Source: Longimicrobiales bacterium (GTDB taxonomy: Bacteria; Gemmatimonadota; Gemmatimonadetes; Longimicrobiales; Gaopeijiaceae). Taken from it: DNA of 64,000 nt. Below the pieces are notes generated by a model that was not told where the DNA came from, did not search any database, and saw only the letters and a list, made by a program, of their open reading frames with translations. Position numbers and translations under genes: made by a program. Where the stretch lies: contig CBDFMQ010000002.1 of NCBI GenBank assembly GCA_965249725.1, forward strand, positions 160,001 to 224,000, written 5' to 3'. This document shows positions 30,815 through 39,629 of this stretch, in pieces. The first letter of the stretch is position 1, and each line of letters opens with the position of its first letter.

Positions 30815-32088
30815 TGGGCGGCCTGCTCCTCGGGACTTTCGTTGCGCTCGTGTTGGCCGCCGTACCAATCGGTTTCGCTCTCGCCACTGCCGCCAGCGTC
30901 GCGGTGGTCGCGGCGGACCTCCCGCTCATCATCATCCCTCAGCAGATCGTCGCGGGAATGGACTCGTTCCCGATGCTCGCCGTGCCCCTCTTCATTCTGG
31001 CCGGATTTCTCATGGACGTGGGGGGGATCAGCCGCCGCCTGGTGACACTCGCTCGCACGCTCGTAGGACACCTTCCCGGTGGGCTGGGTCAGGTTGTGAT
31101 CATGGCCGAGATCTTCTTCTCGGGCGTCTCCGGCTCGACCTCGGCAGACGCCGCGGCCATCGGCGGCATCATGGTTCCGCAGCTCACGGCCAACGGGTAC
31201 ACCCGTGCCCGCGCGACCGCGATCGTCTCGGCGGCGTGCGGGATGGGGATTCTCATCCCGCCCGCCATCGTCATGGTCGTATACGGCGTGATCGGCAACG
31301 TGTCCGTGGGAGCGCTGTTCGTGGCCTCGGTCACGCCTGCGCTACTGATCGCCATAGGCCTCATGACCCAAATCGGATGGCAGGCCCGAAGAGAGGGATG
31401 GCCGGCGGGGGAGCGTGCGTCGTTCGCCGAGGTGCGGCTCGCCGCGATCGACGCGGTGCTCCCGCTCTTCATGATCGTGGTCATCCTCGGCGGTATCCGC
31501 TTCGGCCTTTTCACACCCACCGAGGCCGCGGCGGTCGCGGTCGCCTACGCGCTGCTCTTGGCTGGGCCGGTGTACGGGGCGCTCCCGAGGGCCGAGTTGT
31601 GGAGCAAGATCGTCCAGACGGCCATGGTGTCGGGGATGGTGTTGTTCGTGGTTGGGGCCGCGCGGTTGCTGGGATGGGTGCTCGCCGTCATGCAGGTGCC
31701 GCAGGCGCTGGCGTCCTCCGTGGTCGCCTTGGGGGGCGGCCAGGCGGGCTTCATGATCCTCACCATCCTGATTTTCCTTCCGCTCGGCGCTATCCTCGAG
31801 GGGGTGCCGGCGGTCGTCCTGTTGACCCCGATCCTTCTGCCCCTCGCGCGTCAGCTCGGCATCGACCCGGTGCACTACGGCACGGTCATCGTCGCTACCC
31901 AGGGGATCTCGGTGTTCCTACCGCCCGTTGGCGTGAGCCTGCTGGTAGCGTGTTCGATCGGGGGTGTTGAGCCAGCGGAGGTCGCGCGGCCGCTCTGGCC
32001 GTACCTGGCACTGATGTTGGCGCTCACGGTCGTGATCGCGTTCGTGCCGGGGGTGGTGTTGTTCCTGCCGAGTTTGCTCGGGTATTGA
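30811..32088 (+). CDS. dctM: TRAP transporter large permease
   Basis: LAVPLFILAG, SGSTSADAA, LIPPAI, TPTEA and GIDPVHYG motifs. Confidence 0.9.
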   Translation: MMGGLLLGTFVALVLAAVPIGFALATAASVAVVAADLPLIIIPQQIVAGMDSFPMLAVPLFILAGFLMDVGGISRRLVTLARTLVGHLPGGLGQVVIMAEIFFSGVSGSTSADAAAIGGIMVPQLTANGYTRARATAIVSAACGMGILIPPAIVMVVYGVIGNVSVGALFVASVTPALLIAIGLMTQIGWQARREGWPAGERASFAEVRLAAIDAVLPLFMIVVILGGIRFGLFTPTEAAAVAVAYALLLAGPVYGALPRAELWSKIVQTAMVSGMVLFVVGAARLLGWVLAVMQVPQALASSVVALGGGQAGFMILTILIFLPLGAILEGVPAVVLLTPILLPLARQLGIDPVHYGTVIVATQGISVFLPPVGVSLLVACSIGGVEPAEVARPLWPYLALMLALTVVIAFVPGVVLFLPSLLGY

Positions 32089-32179
32089 TGGCTCTCCGGA
32101 CTCGGCTCCGTTGAAACCCCAGGGCGGGTCCAGCGTAAAAGCAACCACACGGTTGAGTACGGAGGAGCCTGGAGGCCGA

Positions 32180-33028
32180 ATGGCCGATCGACGACAGATT
32201 GTGTTGCTCATCCCCGCGCTCGCGCTGGTGTTTTCGACCGCACCCGCCGTTCGAGCGCAGACCATTCAGGGGATCATCATCGACTATGTGTCGGGACGCC
32301 CCATCGAAAGCGCGTCCGTAGAGTTGATGGATGGTGACGACGCCATTGTCGGCCAGGACGTCACAGATATCAACGGGTGGTTCTCAATGCCGGTGCCCGA
32401 CGGCGAGTGGTACCAAGTCCGCAGCCACAGCTTGGGATACATGCCGACTCTGTCGACCGCCTTCCACCTCGCGCCGGGGCAGGCCTTGGGGGCGGAAATC
32501 CGTATGGAAGTCGCCCCAGTAGAGCTGGAAGGGATCGAGGCCATAGTCGCACGCATCGAACAGGGGTTGGACGTGGTCGGCTTCTACGACCGTCGCGAGA
32601 TGGGATTCGGAACGGTTCGGACTCCCGAGGACCTCTTGAAGCGTCCCCCCCTCGACCTGTCCGATTTGTTCAGGGGCATTAACGGGATCAGGATGGTTCA
32701 GGCCACGTCAATGGCGGACATGGAGGTCTATTCCGCGCGACGGGTCTTCGGTGATATGTGCCGCCCCAGCATCAGCATCGACTTCATTATTGTTCAGCGG
32801 GGGGAACGGATGTCGCGGTTGGACGTGACCTCGAGCGACCTCGAGCGGTCGGTCGGGGGCGGCCGCGAGGTCAGGCGTTCCTTCTGGCAGGACCTGGTGA
32901 CTCCGCAGGAGATCGCCGCGATGGAGGTCTATCCGGGCCAGGGCGGATTGCCAGACTGGGTCTCGGGGGATGTCAGCCCTTGTGGGGCCGTGCTCATCTG
33001 GACGAAGGGGTACGTGGCGACGAAGTAG
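32180..33028 (+). CDS. Secreted carboxypeptidase-regulatory-like domain + TonB-plug-like protein
   Basis: Signal peptide; TDINGWF..., GFYDRR and EIAAMEVY...CGAVLIWTK pattern. Confidence 0.6.
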   Translation: MADRRQIVLLIPALALVFSTAPAVRAQTIQGIIIDYVSGRPIESASVELMDGDDAIVGQDVTDINGWFSMPVPDGEWYQVRSHSLGYMPTLSTAFHLAPGQALGAEIRMEVAPVELEGIEAIVARIEQGLDVVGFYDRREMGFGTVRTPEDLLKRPPLDLSDLFRGINGIRMVQATSMADMEVYSARRVFGDMCRPSISIDFIIVQRGERMSRLDVTSSDLERSVGGGREVRRSFWQDLVTPQEIAAMEVYPGQGGLPDWVSGDVSPCGAVLIWTKGYVATK

Positions 33029-33069
33029 GCGGTGCTCTCTCGCTGCCTAGGTCCAGCCCCGGCCAGGAA

Positions 33070-33102
33070 GGAGGGCCGACGCCCCACGGACGCCGACCCT
33101 CC
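33070..33102 (-). terminator. Hairpin between convergent genes
   Basis: 15-bp inverted repeat 33070-33084/33088-33102; its three mismatches become G-U pairs on the minus-strand RNA. Confidence 0.35.
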
Positions 33103-33148
33103 GTCACCAGTTTCGGTTTGCCGCACCAGCCCCGCTTTGCGGCACCGC

Positions 33149-33595
33149 TCAGTCGGCGGTGGCCAGCGTCGCGGCGGTGTCATGCTGAGCCAACCAGGCA
33201 TACGTCAGCCCCAGGATCCCACCATACATAAGGTGCCCCATCAGGCTTGGCAGCATGGCTGTCGCGGCGGCGGCGTTCCAGTTCACGCCTAGTCCCATGC
33301 CCATCATGAGCGGCATGAGCGTCAAGGGGCCCAGTACCCACCAGACCGCCCCATAGCCGAGACCGGTCGTCAGTCCGCTTCCCAGGCTGCTAGCCAACCC
33401 GCCCAGGACGACGGCGAAGCCGACGCCGATGATCACGCTGTTGACCATGTGTACCGCAAACCCCACGAACGCCGAGGGCTGTCCCACCATCTGTCCGATC
33501 ATGGGAAGCATTCCCATCATCCCCATCATTCCCCCGAAGATCAAACCTCCGGCGACGCCTCCGAAGGCGCCCCACTTCAGTCCTCTCGTGTTCAT
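33149..33595 (-). CDS. Small Met-rich membrane protein (about 4 TM)
   Basis: GGMMGMMGMLPMI, HMVNS and GHLMYG segments; AAGGAG RBS. Confidence 0.7.
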   Translation of the reverse strand: MNTRGLKWGAFGGVAGGLIFGGMMGMMGMLPMIGQMVGQPSAFVGFAVHMVNSVIIGVGFAVVLGGLASSLGSGLTTGLGYGAVWWVLGPLTLMPLMMGMGLGVNWNAAAATAMLPSLMGHLMYGGILGLTYAWLAQHDTAATLATAD

Positions 33596-33808
33596 CTACA
33601 TGTCTCCTTTTTAGGTCGTTTCGACCCAACGGTCGTGCTTGTTGTGGGGATCAAATCAGTAGGAACGGCCAGGTGTTCCAACGGAACCGGGTTGTCCGGC
33701 ACGGATTTTGTACCTGGTGAGGTCTTAACGCCAAGGGGTGGTGGGGCGTCGGACGCACACAATGGGGCGTCTGATGTACACAATGGACGATGAGTGGAGG
33801 GTAGGACG

Positions 33809-34255
33809 ATGAGAAACAGCCCTAGGTGGATCGCCTTTGCAGCGTTTGCACTCGTGGGAGCGTCCGGGAGCCCAATCTCCTTATGGGCGCAGGAGGTCGA
33901 GGAGGCGGGCCCCGAGGTCGAAGCGACCGAGGCCGCCGAGAAACAGGAAATCCGGATTCAGATCGACAATCAAAACATGCTCGAGTTGCATGTCTATGTC
34001 GTGACCGGCCCGATCGGATCGCCCTTGACCTCGCGGATCTCGCTGGGGACGGTCTACGCCCAGGGGAGCAAGACGTTCAAGCTTTCGGATTCGCTCGTCG
34101 CACACGATGGTCGTGAGTTTCGCATCTTGGTTCGGCCGATGGGGACCCACCGGTTCCTCGCGTCGGAGCACATCGTCATCGGCAAGAGTGGGACGGTGAA
34201 GTGGACGCTGATCCGCCCGCTCAGCAGTGGCGGGTACATCTCCGTCACGGAGTAG
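33809..34255 (+). CDS. Hypothetical secreted protein
   Basis: Signal peptide ending LWA-QE; beta-rich C-terminal domain. Confidence 0.55.
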   Translation: MRNSPRWIAFAAFALVGASGSPISLWAQEVEEAGPEVEATEAAEKQEIRIQIDNQNMLELHVYVVTGPIGSPLTSRISLGTVYAQGSKTFKLSDSLVAHDGREFRILVRPMGTHRFLASEHIVIGKSGTVKWTLIRPLSSGGYISVTE

Positions 34256-34260
34256 TGAGT

Positions 34261-34321
34261 ACGACAGGGCTCGGACCCTGCCCGTCCATGGGTAGGGTCC
34301 CGGCCCGCTCGTCGTTCTTTT
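34261..34321 (+). terminator. Intrinsic terminator-like hairpin
   Basis: GGACCCTGCCCG-TCCA-TGGGTAGGGTCC core stem extended by ACGAC/GTCGT and followed by TCTTTT. Confidence 0.55.
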
Positions 34322-34372
34322 GCTAGCGGACGAGGCCGCGCGGGCTCGAGTACGGCTTGTGGGCCGAAGCTC

Positions 34373-35737
34373 ATGAGCGGCATCTTGGACTCCATGCTCC
34401 GCAATGCACTCCAACTGATCTCGCTTCTGTATCGGCTCCACCCTGTGGGGCCGGTGGCCTACATGGTCGCAACCGCACCGGTACTGCTTTCGGCATCGCT
34501 CACGGCACAGCAACTCCGCTACGACCGGGAGTATCCCGAGATCGGCTACTACACGCACCAGCCGACTGACCCGGTCGCCGAGCTGCAGCGGTCGGTTGCC
34601 CGGGGCGAAGCGGTTTTGACGTTCGACCCGCGAGGCGGATACCTGGCGTCGCTTCTGGAATCCCTCGACGTTCCTGTCGAGTCCCAGATGCTCGTCTTTT
34701 CACGGACGAGCTTTCAGGAGCGTTTCATCTCGCCGGAGACCCCGCGCGCGCTCTACTTCTCGGACGAGGTCTACGTGGCATGGCCGCAGGGCAGCGACTT
34801 CGTGGAGATCGCGGCCATGGACCCTGCACTGGGTCCGGTCTTCTACACGTTGAGCCAAGCGCCGACGGCCACCCCCGAATTCCGGCGGGAATACGGTCTT
34901 TGCCTGCAATGCCACGACACCTACGGACTCTCCGGCGGTGGAGTGCCGCGCTTCCTCATCGGCTCCGGCGCTACGAACGAACTCGGCGAGCCCGACTCGC
35001 ACAACGCTTGGCAGCTGACCACGGATCAGACCCCATTGGACCGGCGTTGGGGCGGGTGGTACGTGACCGGTACCCATGGCCAGCAGGTTCACATGGGGAA
35101 CGTGGTGACGGAGGTACGAACGGGAGATCCGGCGTCGCGGCCGGCGGCTCCCGAGACTCATGGCAACCTCACGGATCTTGGCGGCCTCCTGGATACCTCG
35201 CCTTACCTCACCGGGCTCAGCGACATCGTCGCGCTCATGGTCGTCGAGCATCAGATCCACGTGCAGAACGTCATGACCCGTGCCGGCTGGGAGGCGCGCA
35301 AGTCGGGCGGGCCGGAGGGGTCGGGTCAGGCACCGAGCAACATCGATGAGCTGGGGGAGCCGCTCGTCCGGGCCATCCTGCTCGTAGATGAGGCGGCTCT
35401 TGAAGCTCCGATCGAAGGCACATCTGGCTTTCGTGCTCGCTTCGAGGGCTTGGGCCCGGCCGACGATGAGGGCCGCTCACTCCGCGAATTGGACCTGAGA
35501 CGACGCTTGTTCCGATACCCGCTCAGCTACCTGGTCTATTCCGACGCATTCGGCGCCTTGCCGGTCCACTTGAAGGAGCAGGTGTTCCTGCGGATCTGGG
35601 AGGTAGCGTCCGGGCAGGACAAGACCGAGGACTTCGACCACGTCACTGCGGCGGACGGAGTGGCCGTCCTCGAGATCCTCGAGGCGACGCACCCGGAGTT
35701 CGCCCAATGGATGTCGGATACGGCCAGCCGCCCGTAG
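34373..35737 (+). CDS. Hypothetical monoheme cytochrome c-type protein
   Basis: Single CLQCH motif; conserved-looking SQMLVFSRTS, PRALYF and RWGGWYVTG blocks; start uncertain. Confidence 0.6.
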   Translation: MSGILDSMLRNALQLISLLYRLHPVGPVAYMVATAPVLLSASLTAQQLRYDREYPEIGYYTHQPTDPVAELQRSVARGEAVLTFDPRGGYLASLLESLDVPVESQMLVFSRTSFQERFISPETPRALYFSDEVYVAWPQGSDFVEIAAMDPALGPVFYTLSQAPTATPEFRREYGLCLQCHDTYGLSGGGVPRFLIGSGATNELGEPDSHNAWQLTTDQTPLDRRWGGWYVTGTHGQQVHMGNVVTEVRTGDPASRPAAPETHGNLTDLGGLLDTSPYLTGLSDIVALMVVEHQIHVQNVMTRAGWEARKSGGPEGSGQAPSNIDELGEPLVRAILLVDEAALEAPIEGTSGFRARFEGLGPADDEGRSLRELDLRRRLFRYPLSYLVYSDAFGALPVHLKEQVFLRIWEVASGQDKTEDFDHVTAADGVAVLEILEATHPEFAQWMSDTASRP

Positions 35738-35951
35738 GGAGCCAGTCCGTTCGATCGAGGGCATGAGAGCCTCCTCTCTACCGAAACCTATTCGCGGTAT
35801 GATGGGACGTCTGTCGGGAGAATCCCTCGCGGCGACTGCTGGCGGGAAGGTGCAGCGGGTCGCACACTTCTCGGGTCCGTGACGTTTCGACGGCACCAGA
35901 GAACATCAAAGGGGATAGGCGTCCCATGATCCATCACCCGCGGAGGACCTC

Positions 35952-36755
35952 ATGAAGTCACGTGCCACGGCCGCGGCCGTCGCCCTCTTACTCGTCTCCG
36001 GTGCCGTCTCGGCGCAGCAGGGACCCGACACGGTCTTCCTGGATGAGCTCACCTGGACCGAGGTCCGTGCGCGTATCGAAGCCGGGACGACGACGGTCAT
36101 CGTGCCCACGGCCGGGACCGAGCAAAACGGCCCCCACATGGTGCTGGGCAAACACAAGTTCATCGTCAACCACGCCTCGAACCTGATCGCACGGGAGCTC
36201 GGCAACGCGCTGGTGGCACCCGTGGTCACCTACGTGCCGGAGGGGTCGGTGGAGCGGATCGCCCAGCACCCGCGGTACAATGGGACGATCACTCTCCCCA
36301 ACGAGCACTACATGAAGCTCCTCGAATACGCGGCTCGGAGTCTGGCCATGGGCGGATTCACGGACATCGTGTTTATCGGTGACAGTGGCGGAAATCAGGG
36401 TGGCATGCGTGACGTGGCGGCCATGCTGAACGAGGAGTGGGCCGGAGAAACGGCGCGGGTGCACTTCGTGGGCGACTACTACTCGAACAATGGCATCAAC
36501 GATTGGCTCATGGCGGAGTACGGTCATACCGAGGAGACGATCGGGGGGCATGCCGGCATCCGTGACACGTCGCAACTTCTTTATGTGGCGCCTCAGCACA
36601 TCCGCACCGATAAGCTTGCGCCCCTCGGCGGTGGTGAGGGGATGGGGGTCACAGGCGATCCCACCCTGGCGTCGGCCGAAAAGGGCCGGCAGGGGATCCA
36701 GATGAAGGTTGACGCCGCCTTGCGGCAGACTCGTGACTTGGTAGGCCCCAGATGA
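35952..36755 (+). CDS. Creatininase-family amidohydrolase, secreted
   Basis: ELTWTEV, GTEQNGPH, DSGGN, GHAG..DTS and GDPTLAS motifs. Confidence 0.85.
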   Translation: MKSRATAAAVALLLVSGAVSAQQGPDTVFLDELTWTEVRARIEAGTTTVIVPTAGTEQNGPHMVLGKHKFIVNHASNLIARELGNALVAPVVTYVPEGSVERIAQHPRYNGTITLPNEHYMKLLEYAARSLAMGGFTDIVFIGDSGGNQGGMRDVAAMLNEEWAGETARVHFVGDYYSNNGINDWLMAEYGHTEETIGGHAGIRDTSQLLYVAPQHIRTDKLAPLGGGEGMGVTGDPTLASAEKGRQGIQMKVDAALRQTRDLVGPR

Positions 36756-38101
36756 TGACTAGAACAGTACTTTCGGCGCTCCTCTTGGTGGTCTCCGTGT
36801 TCTGCGGCGCGCCACTCGCCGCCCAGCAGTCTTCCGAGGAGCGGGGCAGCGACAACCTCACGGTGGTGTCCCATCTGCCTCTCGGTGGGGCCGAGAGCAT
36901 GGCCGATATCGAAATCGAGCAGGACATGTCTCGGCCGTTCGTTTATGTGGCCCGCCAGATGCGGCGGGAGGACCGGCGATCACCGGGCGCTCCAGGCGAT
37001 CGTGGATTGGACATCCTCGACGTCTCCGATCCGGCGAACCCTGATGTGATCCACCGGTGGCGCATCGAGGATTCGGACCTGCACGTGGGTGCGGGCGGCA
37101 AGGACATCAAGACGTTCGAGTGGGACGGCCGTCACTATATCGTCCTGTCCTTCCAGTTCGGCCAGGGCGGGCCCAACGCCGACCTCGGCGCCATCGTCTT
37201 CGACGTCACGGGTCTACCGGATGTGTCGACGTTCCGTGAGGTCGCCCGGATCCAGGGCCCGGGGGAGTTGGCGGGCTTCCACAACGCTTATGTCTACCGG
37301 CACAGCAACGGCAGAGCGCTGCTCTTTTCGACCGTCGCGGGCCCGTTCGCCAATGTGTACGATCTGGGCTACCTGGTGGAGGGCAGGGAAGATGCTTTGG
37401 TTGCTCAAGTGCCGATCCCTCAGTCGGAGCAGGTTCCGGGTGCGCGGGGTTATCACGACTTCTACGTCGGATATCATCCGGACAGCGAACAGGATCGCTT
37501 CTACGGTGGCGGGACCGGCGGGTACTACGTGTACAACATCACCGACCTGGAGGACCCCGAGCTGCTCGTCACGCTGACCGGTGTTCGGGGGGTCGACCGG
37601 GGGCACACGTTCACTCCGTCTCCGGACGGCAGGTACGTCGTGGCCGAGGTCGAGTACCAGTACGCCCCACTCCGGGTTTTCGACCTCAAGCCGGGGCTCG
37701 ACGGCGAGGTGTCGAACATCAATCAGCCCATCGCCGCCTGGTTCGCTAATCCCCAGAACCTGGTCCACAACCACGAGGTCCGCTGGCCTCTAGTGTTCGT
37801 TTCGGCGTACCGGGACGGTCTACAGGTCTTCAGCATGCAGGACCCGAAGAAGCCGCGGACCGTGGCGCACTACGACACCTATCTCGAACCCGAGGGTGCC
37901 GGCGTGACGACGGGTGGGTGGGGCGTCGACGTCCGTAACGCCGACGGCCTGATCGTGTTGTCGGACAAGGAGACCGGCTTCTGGGCCTTCCGCCTCGAGG
38001 GATTCAGCGGGTGGAACGGTCTGGACTACGGAATGCCCAACGTGTCCAGCGTACAGGACTGGGAGAACGGACCGGCAGTGCAGGCTCGCTCGAGGCGGTG
38101 A
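36752..38101 (+). CDS. Secreted beta-propeller protein, second subfamily (copy 5)
   Basis: GFHN, YHD, GHT and HNHEVRWP motifs shared with the 2.5-8.3 kb paralogues; lacks the CFGDPTC N-terminus. Confidence 0.7.
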   Translation: MMTRTVLSALLLVVSVFCGAPLAAQQSSEERGSDNLTVVSHLPLGGAESMADIEIEQDMSRPFVYVARQMRREDRRSPGAPGDRGLDILDVSDPANPDVIHRWRIEDSDLHVGAGGKDIKTFEWDGRHYIVLSFQFGQGGPNADLGAIVFDVTGLPDVSTFREVARIQGPGELAGFHNAYVYRHSNGRALLFSTVAGPFANVYDLGYLVEGREDALVAQVPIPQSEQVPGARGYHDFYVGYHPDSEQDRFYGGGTGGYYVYNITDLEDPELLVTLTGVRGVDRGHTFTPSPDGRYVVAEVEYQYAPLRVFDLKPGLDGEVSNINQPIAAWFANPQNLVHNHEVRWPLVFVSAYRDGLQVFSMQDPKKPRTVAHYDTYLEPEGAGVTTGGWGVDVRNADGLIVLSDKETGFWAFRLEGFSGWNGLDYGMPNVSSVQDWENGPAVQARSRR

Positions 38102-38114
38102 GGCGCCAAACGAG

Positions 38115-38144
38115 TTGACAGGCTCTCGATCTCTCGACTAGAGT
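38115..38144 (+). promoter_or_regulatory. Sigma70-like promoter for the RT locus
   Basis: Perfect -35 TTGACA (38115-38120), 18-nt spacer, -10 TAGAGT (38139-38144); predicted start about 38151, just before the structured leader. Confidence 0.6.
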
Positions 38145-38161
38145 GAGCGTCGCCAGCCTGT

Positions 38162-38367
38162 GCTCTTCCAGAGTTGTGCTGACGGCACCTCGTACTCCTA
38201 CGAGTTGTCGACCGTTGTGGGCCTGCCGCCGTCATTTGAAGCTGTCCGACAACAGTGGCGGTAGGTGAGACAATAGGAATTGAGAACTTTCAGTTACCCG
38301 TCTGTTCCCTTTCGATTAATAGTTCGGCGCTCGCCGTGCTATGCCGTCGGTGCAACTCTGGGAGAGC
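38162..38367 (+). ncRNA. Putative RT-associated structured ncRNA
   Basis: 26-bp terminal inverted repeat (38162-38187/38342-38367) with 22 Watson-Crick and 4 G-U pairs enclosing several hairpins; no + strand ORF in the track; lies directly upstream of the RT. Confidence 0.65.
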
Positions 38368-38387
38368 GAGCTCTTGCCTAGCGTACG

Positions 38388-39629
38388 ATGATGCCGGGCA
38401 CCTTTGAGGCCATTGTCGATCCTGCGAACCTCAGAGCGGCCTATCTGGAAACTGTTCAGCGATTTGAAGAGCAGCGGAAAGGTCGTCGTTACGCGGGTAT
38501 TGACGGAATAAGCCTGAGGGACCTTGCGTTCGTATCGGCGTCATACCTCGAGACTATCCAGCAGGAGATGATCACCTCCTCTCCGCTTGATCCGACCTTG
38601 GAAATGAGCATTCCGAAAGCCGAGGGCGGCACGCGCCTCATTTACAGCTACACCGTCAAGGATCGCATCAAGGCGCGAGCGATCTCTCGTGTCCTCGAGC
38701 CCGTCTTCGAAGGGGCCTTCAGCCCTTTCTTCTTCTCTCACCGCACCACGCACCCACACTACAAGGCGGTCCGAAGCGTCGCCAAGCGATATCGAAGACA
38801 CTACGGGCAGGATACCGTGCTGTTGATAGATGTCGCGGACTATACGGGCAACATCAGGAAGGACCGCTTGTGCGAGCAGTTGCAGGGATTGGGCTTGGAC
38901 TCCAATACCATCGCTTTACTGGAGCTCTTCCTGAACAACAGCGTCATGACCTCCGAGGGCCTCGTCTATCCCGAGAAAGGCCTCGTTACCGGCGTTGGTC
39001 TGATGGGGCTCTTTGCGAATCTGTACCTGAATGATCTCGATCACACGGTGGGCCGACGGGTATCGCTTTATCGACGGGTCGGGGACGACTTGATTCTGAT
39101 GGATCGAGACAGCGAGAAGCTGGCCAACATCCATCGGGACATCACAGATCAGCTAGAGGAGAGAGGCCTCGAGCCGAGCGTGGAGAAGCTGTCGTTGATC
39201 AGGAGTAACGAACGGTTTCGATATCTGGGCTACTCGTTTCACGAGCGACGGATCTCAATTCGCCCGTCGTCGGTACGACGAATCGTTCAGCGTTGGAAGC
39301 GAATCCTGAGGTACTATCCCGGTTCGAAAAACGGAAAGCTGAGACGGCTCTCGAAGATCTTGTATGAGAATGAAGACTCGATCCATCGGGACTTTCTCAG
39401 GGTTATTGCCGACTATCGGTGTTGTACCGACGCAGGGCAGATCCAGGAGTTATCCGGAGTCTTCTATAGGGTGCTGACGCGGTATTTCTATGGCAGCTAT
39501 TCCCACCGGAAACAAAGAAAGGTGAGGCTACTGACGGGTCCGCTTGATGTCCCCTCACTATCCCGGTACTACTTTGATTTCCACCATGGAAGACGCTCAC
39601 TCTCAAGCCTGGCTGTTTCAGCGCGCTAA
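38388..39629 (+). CDS. Reverse transcriptase (group II intron-like, stand-alone, VGDD active site)
   Basis: AGIDG (RT0), IPKAEGGTR (RT1), DRI...LEPVFE (RT2), LIDVADY (RT3), GLVTG...ANLYLNDLD (RT4), YRRVGDD (RT5), FRYLGYSF (RT7). Confidence 0.9.
   Translation: MMPGTFEAIVDPANLRAAYLETVQRFEEQRKGRRYAGIDGISLRDLAFVSASYLETIQQEMITSSPLDPTLEMSIPKAEGGTRLIYSYTVKDRIKARAISRVLEPVFEGAFSPFFFSHRTTHPHYKAVRSVAKRYRRHYGQDTVLLIDVADYTGNIRKDRLCEQLQGLGLDSNTIALLELFLNNSVMTSEGLVYPEKGLVTGVGLMGLFANLYLNDLDHTVGRRVSLYRRVGDDLILMDRDSEKLANIHRDITDQLEERGLEPSVEKLSLIRSNERFRYLGYSFHERRISIRPSSVRRIVQRWKRILRYYPGSKNGKLRRLSKILYENEDSIHRDFLRVIADYRCCTDAGQIQELSGVFYRVLTRYFYGSYSHRKQRKVRLLTGPLDVPSLSRYYFDFHHGRRSLSSLAVSAR

Noticed and set aside
38026..38235. 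69-aa minus-strand ORF across the RT promoter
   Set aside because: Overlaps the end of a real gene, has no recognisable motif and coincides with the promoter and structured RNA
38102..38387. CRISPR array next to an RT
   Set aside because: No regularly spaced direct repeats and no cas genes in the window
38388..39629. Classical retron RT
   Set aside because: No NAxxH region X, and the VTG here replaces PQG in RT4 rather than lying in C-terminal region Y; the N-terminus is group II-like
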